64,000 nt of DNA from Chloroflexota bacterium. GTDB taxonomy: Bacteria > Chloroflexota > Anaerolineae > CG2-30-64-16. The DNA lies in the NCBI GenBank assembly GCA_016876015.1, contig VGOD01000005.1, forward strand, positions 2,950-66,949. Reading direction: 5' to 3'. A program made the translations under genes and the position numbers. The notes under the pieces were generated by a model. The model was not told the DNA's origin. It worked only from the letters and a program-made list of their open reading frames with translations, and made no database searches. Below are positions 35,312 through 45,700 of this stretch, piece after piece (within the stretch, counting starts at the first letter, position 1; each line of letters starts with the position of its first letter).

Positions 35312-38300
35312 ATGACCCGTTCTCAACAAATCCAACGCTGGCGGCGCTATCGCCGCGCGACCGGCGGCCCGCACATCGGCCGCTGGATCGTGCGCCTGGG
35401 CGTCGGTTTTCTTCTGGTCAACCTGGCAATCGTCCTCAGCGTCGTGTTCGGGGCGGCGGCCGCCGCGGGCAGCGTCTACGCGTACTTCGCCCAGGGCCTG
35501 CCCGACCCTAGCGCCATCCAAACCGAACAGGCGATCTACGAAACGGTCAAGATCTACGATCGCACGGGCCAACACCTGCTGTACGAGTCCATTGACCCGC
35601 GGCCGTTTCGCGGCGACCGCACCTATCTGCCGATCAACCAGATTTCCGAACAGTTGCGCAACGCGACGGTCGCGCTGGAGGATCGTACCTTCTACACCAA
35701 CATCGGCGTGAATCCCGAAGGTCTGGCCCGCGCGCTCGTCTCCAACCTGCGTGGCCAGGATGTGCAGGGCGGCAGCTCGATCACTCAGCAGTTGGTCAAG
35801 AACATCCTGATTGCCCCCCAGGAACGCTACCAGATCTCCTATGCCCGCAAGATCAAAGAGGCCATCATGGCCATCGAGATCACCCGCAAGTACCCGGGAC
35901 GAGAAGGCAAGGATCAAATCCTGGAGTGGTATCTGAACTATAACTTCTATGGCAATGCAGCCTATGGCGTCGAGGCCGCGGCGCGCGTTTACTACGACAA
36001 GCCAGTGGCCGATCTGACATTGGACGAGGTGGCCGTGTTGTCGGCCGTGCCGCAGTATCCGGGCCTGAATCCGATCCAGTCTCCGGCCGACGCGTATCGC
36101 CGGCAGCGCAAGGTGCTGACCGCCATGCAGGAGGCCGGCTATCTGACGCAGGCACAGGTGGATGGGGCGAAACGCTACTTCAACACGCGGCTGCTCAATA
36201 GCCTGGTGGAACGCGGATCGCTCAGCCAGAGCGACCTGCCCCTGGTGGCCATCGGCGATAAGCCGGCCACCGCGCGGGCGCTCAATGCGATGGTCAAGGC
36301 GGATTTGCTGGCGCAGAGCGAGGCGGATGCGGCCAAGAAGCTGCCGGGCTCGCTGTGGCAATACGTGCGCGAGAGAGCCGATGAACGCTTCGAGGTGCCG
36401 GCCGACGCGCCGCATTTCGCCCTCTATGTCCTGCAGCAGTTGCAGAACAAATATAACACTCCCGAAAACCCTTACTTCATCTGGGAGCATGGTCTGCGGG
36501 TCTATACTACGCTGGATTGGGACTTGCAGCGTCACGCGGAATGCGCCGCGCGCAGCCATATCGCCTCGCTGCAGCAACGGCCGCCCAAGCCGTGCCAGCC
36601 CGGCCTGGAGAACTTCCTGCCGATCCCGCTCATCAGCCAGGGTCATGAGTTCGACCACGAGGTTACGAACGCCTCGGTGGTCGCCATCCGTCCCAATACC
36701 GGCGAGGTGCTGGTGATGGTCGGCAGCCTGGACTACTTCGACAAGAGCATCGATGGCCAGGTGAACGTCGCGTTGGCATCTCGACAGCCTGGCTCGTCCT
36801 TCAAGCCCTACACGTACCTGACCGCCTTCGAGACCGGACGCTTTTCGCCTTCGACCATGATCATGGATGTGCGGACGGTCTTTCCCGACCCCGGCAATCC
36901 GCCCTATGTGCCGGAGAACTACAGCCGCATGTATCGCGGACCGCAGATGGCGCGCTGGGCGCTGCAACGCTCGCTCAACATCCCGGCGGTCTGGTTGATG
37001 GATCAGGTGGGCATCGCCAACGTCATCAAGACCGCGCGCCGGCTGGGTGTGAACAGCCTCAACCGGGAGCTGAACACCTACGGCCTCAGCCTGACCTTGG
37101 GCGGCGGCGAGGTGGCGCTGCTCGATCACACCTATGCCTTCGGCGTTTTCGCCAACGGCGGCGTGATGGCCGGCCAGCCGACGTCAACGGCGCGGCAGCG
37201 TCCGGGCTATCGCAAGCTCGATCCGGTCTTCATCTTGCAGGTGCAAGACAAAGACGGTCGCGTCCTGAATCAGTATACGCGGCCCACCACCGAACGGGTT
37301 GTGGAGCCGGCGCTGAACTACATGCTGATTGACGTGATGACCGACCATAACTCGCGGCTGGGAGCGTTCGGCGCCGCGGCCCAATATCTGATCCTGCCTG
37401 ACCGGCCCGTGGCCGCGAAGACCGGGACGACCGATCGTTTCGTGGACGGTTGGGCATTGGGCTTCACGCCCCAATTGGTCGTGGGCGTCTGGACCGGCAA
37501 CAGTGACAACAAGCCGATGAAGTATTCGGATGGCTCGCTGACGGCCGCGCCGATCTTCAACGCGGTCCTGAAGCAGGGGATGGAGGGCGCGCCGGTGCTC
37601 AAGTGGGAGCAGCCACCAGGTCTCGAGCGCGTGCAAGTATGTGTGCCGTCGGGTCTGTTGCCCACGCCCGAGTGCAAGCAGACCACCACCGACCTGTTCC
37701 TGGCGGGCAAGGCGCCCAAGCAAAAGGACACCTTCTACCAGGCTGTCGAGGTGAACAAGGCCAATGACAAGCGTGCATCGGCCTGCACGCCGCCCGACTT
37801 GGTGGAAAGGCGGATCTACCAGGTCTATCCGCCCTCGGCAGCCGACTACGTGCGCGCGAACGGCATCCCGCAACCGCCGACCGAGATTGACGGCCCATGC
37901 GGCGCGGCCGAGGTGGTTGGCGATGTGGCCATCGGCAGCCCACTGATCGGCGCGCGGCTCAAGGGCAAGGTCGCGATCAGCGGCAATGCGCGCGGCCATG
38001 ACTTTCGCACCTACAAAGTCGAGATCGCATCCGAGGCTAAGCCGGATCAGTGGATCCCCATCGGGTCTGAGCACGGCCACCAGGTCACCAATGGCCAACT
38101 GGAAACCTGGGATACGACCGGTTTCGAGGGGCTATACACGCTGCGCCTGGTCGTCATGCAGCACAATGGCGGCGTGCAGACCAACGAAATCCGCGTGGTG
38201 GTGGACAACACCCCGCCCAAGGTGCGCATCGTGCACCCAGATCCCGATCGCCGCTACATCATGGAGGACGACGAACTGGTCAGCATCACCGCCGATGCCC

Positions 38301-38872
38301 AGGATACCTGGGAGATGGATCGCGTTGAGTTCTACTTCGATGGCAACAAGCTCGGCGAGAGCACGGTGGCGCCCTACAGCATCCGGTGGACCATCACGAT
38401 GTCGGATGTGATGCCGGTTTTTGCAGGGCCCACTATCACCGAGACGCGCGCGATCACCCTGCCGGATGGCGCGATCGTGCAGAAGATCGTGACCGTGCGC
38501 GAGGTGAAGATCGAGGAATACGTCAAGCCCGATGGGACTAAGGCTCAGCGGCAGATCTTGCTCAGCGATGTGGCTCCCGGCGCCATTCTCGATGCGGGCG
38601 TGCTGACCGAGACTCACACGATCTATGTGCGCGCTTTCGATCGCGCCGGCAACTGGGCTGAGAGCGAGCCGGTGCGCATTCTGGTGGGCCACAAGCCGAA
38701 GGACAAAGAGAAGCCGAAGACGGGCGTGCTGTGGCCGGAGATCACGGCAGTCGCGCTGGCGCCGCGGCCAGGAGATCACCCACCGGCCGCAGCCGACCGG
38801 TCGCGGCCGTCGTGCGCTATCGGGCGGTTAGAAACCGCTGCAACCAGCGCAAAGCCGATCTTCGTCGGCTGA
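35312..38872 (+). CDS. Class A penicillin-binding protein (GT51 transglycosylase plus transpeptidase) with long Ig-like C-terminal extension
   Basis: EDRTFYTNIGV, GGSSITQQLVKN, RKIKEAIMAIEI (GT51). SSFKP (SxxK) and KTGTT (transpeptidase). N-terminal TM. The last ~17 codons lie in repeat copy B. Confidence 0.85.
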   Translation: MTRSQQIQRWRRYRRATGGPHIGRWIVRLGVGFLLVNLAIVLSVVFGAAAAAGSVYAYFAQGLPDPSAIQTEQAIYETVKIYDRTGQHLLYESIDPRPFRGDRTYLPINQISEQLRNATVALEDRTFYTNIGVNPEGLARALVSNLRGQDVQGGSSITQQLVKNILIAPQERYQISYARKIKEAIMAIEITRKYPGREGKDQILEWYLNYNFYGNAAYGVEAAARVYYDKPVADLTLDEVAVLSAVPQYPGLNPIQSPADAYRRQRKVLTAMQEAGYLTQAQVDGAKRYFNTRLLNSLVERGSLSQSDLPLVAIGDKPATARALNAMVKADLLAQSEADAAKKLPGSLWQYVRERADERFEVPADAPHFALYVLQQLQNKYNTPENPYFIWEHGLRVYTTLDWDLQRHAECAARSHIASLQQRPPKPCQPGLENFLPIPLISQGHEFDHEVTNASVVAIRPNTGEVLVMVGSLDYFDKSIDGQVNVALASRQPGSSFKPYTYLTAFETGRFSPSTMIMDVRTVFPDPGNPPYVPENYSRMYRGPQMARWALQRSLNIPAVWLMDQVGIANVIKTARRLGVNSLNRELNTYGLSLTLGGGEVALLDHTYAFGVFANGGVMAGQPTSTARQRPGYRKLDPVFILQVQDKDGRVLNQYTRPTTERVVEPALNYMLIDVMTDHNSRLGAFGAAAQYLILPDRPVAAKTGTTDRFVDGWALGFTPQLVVGVWTGNSDNKPMKYSDGSLTAAPIFNAVLKQGMEGAPVLKWEQPPGLERVQVCVPSGLLPTPECKQTTTDLFLAGKAPKQKDTFYQAVEVNKANDKRASACTPPDLVERRIYQVYPPSAADYVRANGIPQPPTEIDGPCGAAEVVGDVAIGSPLIGARLKGKVAISGNARGHDFRTYKVEIASEAKPDQWIPIGSEHGHQVTNGQLETWDTTGFEGLYTLRLVVMQHNGGVQTNEIRVVVDNTPPKVRIVHPDPDRRYIMEDDELVSITADAQDTWEMDRVEFYFDGNKLGESTVAPYSIRWTITMSDVMPVFAGPTITETRAITLPDGAIVQKIVTVREVKIEEYVKPDGTKAQRQILLSDVAPGAILDAGVLTETHTIYVRAFDRAGNWAESEPVRILVGHKPKDKEKPKTGVLWPEITAVALAPRPGDHPPAAADRSRPSCAIGRLETAATSAKPIFVG

Positions 38873-38952
38873 ATCCAGTCGCCGCAGGGCGACTTTGCAG
38901 AGGTGGCAGCGACCTCGGTCGCCCGTGACGGATTACTTGACCGGTGCTCTAG
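38820..38952 (-). mobile_element. MITE-like structured repeat, copy B (reverse orientation, one end degenerate)
   Basis: The reverse complement starts ctagagcaccggtcaagtaatccgtcacgggcgaccgagg (compare 34859-34898) and contains gcagcggtttctaaccgcccga. Confidence 0.6.
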
Positions 38953-39035
38953 TGGCGTCATCGCGAGTGCAGCGAAGCAGCGTCTCGGCGTTACACCAAT
39001 CTACCAATCCACCAACCTACCATCTCCCAACCGCC

Positions 39036-39878
39036 ATGCCGCACATCTTGATCACCAACGATGATGGATTCGAGGCTCCTGCGCTGAGCGCCCTGGCCCG
39101 CGCGTTGCGCGAATTGGGGTCTGTCACCGTCTTTGCGCCCGACCATAACTGGTCTGCCGCGGGGCACACCAAAACGATGCACAAGCCGCTGCGCATCAGC
39201 CAGGGGCCGCCCCTCGACGGCGCGCCGCTTCTTGTCACCACTGGCACGCCGTCTGATTGCGTGGGGTTGGCGCTGCTGGGGATCGTGCCGGAGCGGCCCG
39301 ACCTGGTAGTGTCTGGCATCAACCAGGGTTCCAACATGGGGCACGATGTGACCTATTCGGGCACATTGGCCGCGGCGATGGAAGCCACGGTATATGGCAT
39401 TCCGGCCATTGCCGCCTCGCAAGAGCTGGGCGACGGGTGGTCGGGGGATTGGAGTTTCGCAGCGGGCGTGATCGCGACGCTGGCCCGCCAGACGCTGGCC
39501 CATGGCTTGCCGCACAACTGCTTCTTGAACGTCAATTTCCCCGCGCTCCCGGCAGACCAGGTGCGCGGCATCCAGGTGACACGGTTGGGCCAGCGCGTCT
39601 ATCGCGATGTGTTGATCAAGCGGCTGGACCCCAAAGGCCGGCCGTATTACTGGATCGGCGGCGATCCGCCGGCCGGCGAGCCGGAGCAGGGCACAGACAT
39701 CGGCGCGCTCGCGCACGGGTATATCTCGGTGACGCCGCTGAATCTGGACATGACCGACCAGGCGCAGTTGGCGATGATGAGCCGATGGTCGCTTGACCTG
39801 CAAATCCTTGAAACCCGCCAAGTGCCAGGCACTTCTGAAGTGCCTGGCACTTGGCGGGCATTTTCTGAACAGTCTTAA
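39036..39878 (+). CDS. surE: 5'/3'-nucleotidase SurE
   Basis: MPHILITNDDGFEAPALSALARAL...SGINQGSNMGHDVTYSGTLAAAMEA. The C-terminal ~20 aa are encoded by a palindrome. Confidence 0.85.
   Translation: MPHILITNDDGFEAPALSALARALRELGSVTVFAPDHNWSAAGHTKTMHKPLRISQGPPLDGAPLLVTTGTPSDCVGLALLGIVPERPDLVVSGINQGSNMGHDVTYSGTLAAAMEATVYGIPAIAASQELGDGWSGDWSFAAGVIATLARQTLAHGLPHNCFLNVNFPALPADQVRGIQVTRLGQRVYRDVLIKRLDPKGRPYYWIGGDPPAGEPEQGTDIGALAHGYISVTPLNLDMTDQAQLAMMSRWSLDLQILETRQVPGTSEVPGTWRAFSEQS
39815..39857. repeat. Perfect 18-bp-stem palindrome inside the surE 3' end (terminator/REP-like)
   Basis: ccgccaagtgccaggcac (39815-39832), ttctgaa, gtgcctggcacttggcgg (39840-39857). Confidence 0.7.
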
Positions 39879-39896
39879 TCGAAACAGGAGGACTTC

Positions 39897-40817
39897 ATGA
39901 CCACACTGGCGTACTTTGAGGGCAAGATCGTGCCGATAGACCAGGCGAAGCTCAGCATCCGAGCGCACGTCGTCAACTACGGCACCGGCGTCTTCGAGGG
40001 CATCCGGGCATACTGGAATGCCGATCACGAGCAGCTCTACGTCTTTCGCCTGCAAGAGCACTACCAGCGCCTGGTGCAGGGCGCGCGCGTGTTGCGCATG
40101 CAGTTGAGCCTGGATGCCGCTCAGATGAGCGATCTGACCCTGGAACTGCTCCGCCGCGAGGGTTTTCGCACCGATGTCTACATTCGGCCGCTGGCCTACA
40201 AGGCCAACGAGATCATCGGCGTGCGCCTGCACAACCTGCGCGATGAGTTCTGCGTCTGGTGTGTGCCCTTCGGCAAGTACATCGAGAAACAGGACGGCGC
40301 AAAGGTCTGCATCTCCTCGTGGCGGCGCAACGATGACAACGCTATTCCGCCGCGCGGCAAGGTCGCTGGCGCGTACGTCAACTCCGCTCTGATCAAGACG
40401 GATGCGCAACTCAACGGCTTCGATGAGGCGATCGTCCTCAACGCCGATGGGCACGTCTCGGAAGGAAGCGCCGAGAATTTCTTCATGGTGCGCGGGGGCA
40501 AGTTGATCACACCGCCGGTCACAGCCAATATCCTGGAGGGCATCACTCGCCAGACGGTCATGCTGCTGGCCAGAGAGGAGCTGGGTCTGGAGACCGTCGA
40601 ACGCGAGATTGACCGCACAGAGCTGTACATGGCCGACGAAGCGTTCTTCTGCGGCACAGGCGTCGAGATCACGCCCATCGGCTCGATAGACCACCTGCCT
40701 TTGGGCGGGGGCGGCGTCGGCCCGATCACCCGGCGGGTGCGCGATCTTTACTTCGGCGTGGTATGCGGCGACGTGGAGAAGTATCGGCATTGGTGTGCGC
40801 CGGTGTATCGTCAGTAG
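39897..40817 (+). CDS. ilvE: Branched-chain amino acid aminotransferase
   Basis: 306 aa. YFEGKIVPIDQAKLSIRAHVVNYGTGVFEGIRAY...GAYVNSALIKTDA...EGSAENFFMVRGGKLITPP...GITRQTV are class IV aminotransferase motifs. Confidence 0.85.
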   Translation: MTTLAYFEGKIVPIDQAKLSIRAHVVNYGTGVFEGIRAYWNADHEQLYVFRLQEHYQRLVQGARVLRMQLSLDAAQMSDLTLELLRREGFRTDVYIRPLAYKANEIIGVRLHNLRDEFCVWCVPFGKYIEKQDGAKVCISSWRRNDDNAIPPRGKVAGAYVNSALIKTDAQLNGFDEAIVLNADGHVSEGSAENFFMVRGGKLITPPVTANILEGITRQTVMLLAREELGLETVEREIDRTELYMADEAFFCGTGVEITPIGSIDHLPLGGGGVGPITRRVRDLYFGVVCGDVEKYRHWCAPVYRQ

Positions 40818-40925
40818 GTCGGGAAGCAAGTAGACAAGGAAACCAGCAGAGAGTAGACATAAGCAAGCAGGGCGCTGGATGCCGGGTTGGTGTGTCTGCT
40901 TCTTGGCTGACTGCCCGTTCACGCC

Positions 40926-41822
40926 ATGACCTTCAAGCCTGTTCCCCGTCTTGATCGTTGGTTTGCATTGCTGGTCATCCTGGCCGTGCTCGGCCTGGAT
41001 GGGGTGGCAGCGCGGGCGGTGATGGGCCGGCCGGTGGATGGCGGCAGTTTCTTGCTGGCCTTGTGGGTGCTAGGCAGCCTGCTGGTCGTGGTTTACCTGG
41101 CCTATCGCACCTTTTGTGCGTTCACGCTGGAGTATTGGGTTGATCGTGATGGTGTGACGCTGGTGTGGGGCTTCACTCGCCAGTTCGTGCCGATGGCTGA
41201 GATTCAGCGTGTTCAACGCGGAGACGCCGCGGTGCGCCTGAAGCAGGTGCGGCCCTGGCACTGGCCCTATCCAGAGCGCCGGCGACGCTGGGGCGTGCAG
41301 GCCGGCGTAATCAACGCCTACGCCACGCTTCCGTTGCCAGAGCAGACGATCCTGGCGACGGCGGACGAGGCCTATGGCCTTTCGCCGGCCGAGACCGATC
41401 GGTTCTTGGCGGCCCTGCAGGCGCGCCATTCCCTGGGTCCGGTGCGATCGCGGCGCACAGAGTTGCGTTATCCGCCGCTCTGGACGTGGCCCTTGTGGCG
41501 CGATCGCAGCGCCCTCTTTCTGATTGGCGCGGGGCTGCTGGGCGTGCTGCTGATCTTCGGTATGTTGTGTTTTCGCTATCCGGTCTTGTCGGCGGACCTG
41601 CCGCTGCACTTCGATGTAAATGGTATTCCCGACCGCATCGCGCCGAAGTCGGGGCTTTTCGCCCTGCCCATCATCGGGCTGCTGACGTGGACTGTGAACC
41701 TCGCGCTCGGCGTCTGGCTCTATCGCCGCGTTCAGCCGCAAGGCGCCTACCTGTTGTGGGGCGGCGCTCTTGCAGTGCAAGGGATCGCCGGGCTGGCGCT
41801 GTTCAACCTGATGCGGTGGTAA
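40926..41822 (+). CDS. Membrane protein with bacterial PH-like and DUF1648-like regions
   Basis: Several TM helices. DRDGVTLVWGFTRQFVPMAEIQRVQR (bPH-like). LPLHFDVNGIPDRIAPKSGLFALPIIGLL (DUF1648-like). Confidence 0.45.
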   Translation: MTFKPVPRLDRWFALLVILAVLGLDGVAARAVMGRPVDGGSFLLALWVLGSLLVVVYLAYRTFCAFTLEYWVDRDGVTLVWGFTRQFVPMAEIQRVQRGDAAVRLKQVRPWHWPYPERRRRWGVQAGVINAYATLPLPEQTILATADEAYGLSPAETDRFLAALQARHSLGPVRSRRTELRYPPLWTWPLWRDRSALFLIGAGLLGVLLIFGMLCFRYPVLSADLPLHFDVNGIPDRIAPKSGLFALPIIGLLTWTVNLALGVWLYRRVQPQGAYLLWGGALAVQGIAGLALFNLMRW

Positions 41823-41858
41823 TGGAGAATATTACACTTCTGTTCTGAGAGTATCATC

Positions 41859-42602
41859 ATGTCAGAGGCAAATCAACCCGAACCCCTTCTGAGCATCATC
41901 ATCCCGGCGTACAACGAGGCGAGCCGGCTGCCGAAGTCGTTGGATCAGATCGTACAGTTCATCCAGCAACAGACTGCGGCGATGGAGGTGCTGGTGGTGG
42001 AAAACGGCAGCGTTGATCGCACCACGGAGGTCGCGGAGCGTTACGCAGCCAGGTATTCGTTCATTCACGTGCTCCACAGTCAGAAGGGGAAGGGCGCGGC
42101 CGTGAAGGCCGGCATGTTGGCCGGCCGCGGGCGGTATCTGTTCATCTGCGATTCCGATCTCTCGATGCCCATTGAAGAGGTGAGCAAGTTCTTGCCGCCC
42201 CTCTTGACAGACCACGATGTGGCCATCGCCTCGCGCGAGGGACCGGGCGCGCGGCGCTACGGCGAGCCGGCCTATCGTCACCTGATGGGGCGCATCTTCA
42301 ATTTCATCGTGCGCGTGTTGGCCATCCCCGGTTTTCAAGACACCCAATGCGGCTTCAAGAGTTTTCGCCGCGCAGTCGCACGCGATGTCTTTCCCTCCCT
42401 GACGATGACCGGCTGGGCGTTCGACGTGGAGGCGCTGTTCATCGCGCTGCGTCGCGGCTACAAGATCGTCGCCGTGCCGATCAACTGGTACTTCGACGCT
42501 GACAGCCGCGTCGACCCCATTCCAGATACCTACCGCATGGTGCGCGATGTGTTGCGCATCCGGCTGAATGGCTGGCGAGGGGTGTACGACCGAGGACGAT
42601 AG
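41859..42602 (+). CDS. Family 2 glycosyltransferase (dolichyl-phosphate glucosyltransferase-like)
   Basis: LLSIIIPAYNEASRLPKSL...LVVENGSVDRT...FICDSDLSMP...QCGFK. Confidence 0.8.
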   Translation: MSEANQPEPLLSIIIPAYNEASRLPKSLDQIVQFIQQQTAAMEVLVVENGSVDRTTEVAERYAARYSFIHVLHSQKGKGAAVKAGMLAGRGRYLFICDSDLSMPIEEVSKFLPPLLTDHDVAIASREGPGARRYGEPAYRHLMGRIFNFIVRVLAIPGFQDTQCGFKSFRRAVARDVFPSLTMTGWAFDVEALFIALRRGYKIVAVPINWYFDADSRVDPIPDTYRMVRDVLRIRLNGWRGVYDRGR

Positions 42603-42700
42603 CGCGGCCTCTGGCCACGGCCAGTGAAAACGGGACGCGGACACCCGTCTACAGCGTCGGGTGCACGGCAAGCGCGGACGAGCGCTGATGGTTTGTCTTC

Positions 42701-42730
42701 TCCGCGTTTTTCCGCGTTCATCCGCGTCCT
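42701..42730 (+). promoter_or_regulatory. Three phased direct repeats TCCGCGT (10-bp period) upstream of the GH gene
   Basis: tccgcgtttt / tccgcgttca / tccgcgtcct at 42701, 42711 and 42721, ending 29 nt before GTG 42759. Confidence 0.35.
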
Positions 42731-42758
42731 ATTTTCAGGACAGCCGCGGAGGTGAGCT

Positions 42759-45700
42759 GTGCGTCTGCGATCATTCCTCCTGCGTGGTTTGCGCGTGCCG
42801 GCCACCGTGTTGGCGCTGCTCGTTCTGTCTGGCGGGCTGCCGCTGGGCAGTGGGCAGCCCCTGGCGGCCAGCCCTGGTCAGCCCCAAACCGACCAGACCG
42901 GCTGGTTCCCGTTCGTCCTGCCCTGGGACGACGCCGCGCCGACCCTGACCGACGCCTCGGACCTGCTGCTCGACGCGGCCGGTCAGGATCCGGCCAGTTT
43001 GATTGACGTCCGCGGCCGCGTCGTGACCACGGCCGACGGCCATTTCGCGTTCAGCAACACCGGCCGCCGGGCGCGCTTCTGGGGTACGAACCTCACCTTC
43101 AGCGCGGCGTTTCCGCCTTCGCCCGATTACCCGCCGGCCCCAGGCGAGTTCGGCGACGTGCACGCGGCCGAAAAACTGGCCAGCCGGCTCGCCAAACTCG
43201 GTTTCAACGCGGTCCGCCTGCACCACATGGATCACAGTGGCCGGCCCGCGGGCATCTGGCTCGACCCCTGGCAGGATACCCTGGCGCTTGACCCGGTGCA
43301 GTTGGGTCGGCTCGACTATCTGATCTATCAGCTCCGGCGCCACGCCATCTACGTGGACCTCAACCTGCACGTCAGCCGCCAGTTCACGCTCAACGACGGC
43401 GTGACCGATGCGGATCGGTTTGACCAAACCCACAGCCCTTACAACCAGGGCGCCACCCTCTTCGACCCGGTGATGATCGCGCTCCAGCAGCGTTACGTGG
43501 GGCAACTGCTCGCTCACGTCAATCCGTACACCGGCCTGGCCTACCGGGACGACCCGGCCATCTTCACGGTGGAGACCACCAACGAAGATTCCTTCGGACG
43601 GTCGTTTGCCGGCGACGCCCTCAATTTCGACCCCGCGGACCCGCGCAGCTTTCCGGCCTTCTACAGCCAGGAGCTCGACGGCTGGTCGCGGCTGTCGGCC
43701 GCGGGGCCGCGGATCAACCGGCTGCGCAACCCCGGCTTCGAGGCCGGTTTCGATGACTGGCATCTCTGGGTCGCCGGCGCCAGCCAGGCTGCCGCCGAAA
43801 CCGCGGCCGGCGGCCTGGCTGGCGGTCAGGCGCTGCGGGTAGCGGTGACACAGAGCGACGGCGTCCCCTGGCACGTGCAGTTGATCCAGGCGGGCCTTGC
43901 GTTGCAAGAGGGTCGCGCCTATCGCTTGAGCTTTGCGGCGCGCGGGGATGCGCCGGGGACCGTCTATGCCGCAGTGATGCGGGATGCCGCCCCCTGGGAT
44001 GCGCTCGGCTGGTCTGCGGCGCTCAACCTCACGACGAGTTGGGTGACACGCACGGTCGAATTCACTGCGACCGAGACGGTCTTCGGCCAGGCGCGGGTCT
44101 CGTTCGACCTGGGCGCGACCACCGGCGTGTACTGGTTCGACCAGTTCAGCTTTCAGGAGGTGGACGCGTTCCGCGGCTGGCAGGGCTGGCTGGAGGATCG
44201 CTACGGCAGCACGGCCGCACTCGCGGCGGCCTGGGCGCCCGCGAGCGCGGCGCCCGAGACGGAGCTGCTGGCCAACGGCAGCTTCGAGGCCGGGCAGACG
44301 GCGTGGGACACGAGCCTTCATGAGGCCGCGCGCGCGACCTGGACGGTGGACGCCACGACCGCGACATCGGGCACGCACTCGCTGCGCGTGGATGTGACGC
44401 AGGTGGATGGCATAGATTGGCACGTCCAACTCGGCCAGGGCGGGTTGGCGGTGCAGACGGGGCAGCGCTACCGCCTGCGCTTCGATGCGCGGGCGAGCGC
44501 CGCGGGGGCCATCGGCGCCAACGTCAAGCAGAACCATGCCCCCTGGGGTGGGCTGGGCTTGTGGGGTACAGCCGAACTGACCACCGCCTGGCAGACCTTC
44601 GAGTTCATTTTTCGGGCCACAGCCGATGACGCCGATGCCCAGGTCGGCTTCGACATCGGCCAGGCGGTCCTGGTCATCTGGTTCGATGCGGTCAGCCTGA
44701 CCCCCTACAACCCGGTTGGCCTGCTCCCCGGCGAGAGCCTGGAGGCGGGCAACGTCCGTCGCATCCGCCGAACCGAGCTAGAGGCTTTCACCCCGCAGCG
44801 TCTGCGCGACACCCTGCACTTCTACGACGATGTGCAACGCGCCTACTTCACGGAGATGCGCAGCGTCATTCGATCAGTCTTCTCTGGACTCGAGCCTTCA
44901 GGCGGTCTCGTGCGCGAGCGGGAGCAACCGGCTAAAGCCTCGAGTCCGACGCGACAGGCTACGATTCTCGGGTTGGAAGCCGAGCGTCTTGCGTCAGGCT
45001 TTCCCCTCAACACCGGCACCGCCAGCGACAATCTGACCGACATCTCTGCGATGGCGGATTTGGACTTCGTGGACAACCACTACTACTGGGATCATCCCTG
45101 GTGGCTCGGCGTCCCGGCCTGGTCTCCCACGGGCTGGATCATCAGCAACCAGGCGTGGGTGAACTCCCCCTTCGCCGGCCTGTTCGACACCGCGGTCGCC
45201 GCGGTCAAGGGCAAGCCGTTCACGGTCACCGAGTTCAACCAACCTTTCCCCAACCGCTACGCGGTCGAAGCGCCGATCTTCTTCGCCACGGTCGGGGCTT
45301 TCCAGGATTGGGATGGGGTGTTTCAGTTCGACTATGCGAGCGATCAGAACGACTACGACGCCACGCGGGTGATGAACTTCTTCGATCTGGCGGGCAACCC
45401 GCTGGCGACGGCCATGATGCCGGTGGCCGCGCGCCTTTTCTTGGGTGGGGCGATCGCCCCGGCGCCGGCGCAGACCGATCTGTCTTTCACTCGTGCCGAG
45501 CGGTACGACAGCGCGGCCTATGGCTGGAGCGGCGGCCTGGGCGATTTCTTGCGCCAAGCTAAGGGCGCGGCGGACGCAGCCTTGTTCGGCGGCCGGCTGC
45601 GCATCGCTGATCTGGACGCGGCGACGCCGGTCACGCCATCTCTGCCGGCGCCGGCCGGCCCGATCTATCGCAGCGCGGGCGGACAGTTGACGTGGGATGT

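Noticed and set aside
35072-37129. Long antisense ORFs opposite strongly supported genes: 35072..37129, 37184..38098, 38991..40922, 42771..44537, 53570..55543 and 30699..31592.
   Set aside because: Each overlaps a gene with clear catalytic motifs on the other strand (PBP, surE/ilvE, GH-like, ATPase, STAND). Their products are Arg/Gly/His-rich with no recognisable domains. They are GC-bias artefacts.
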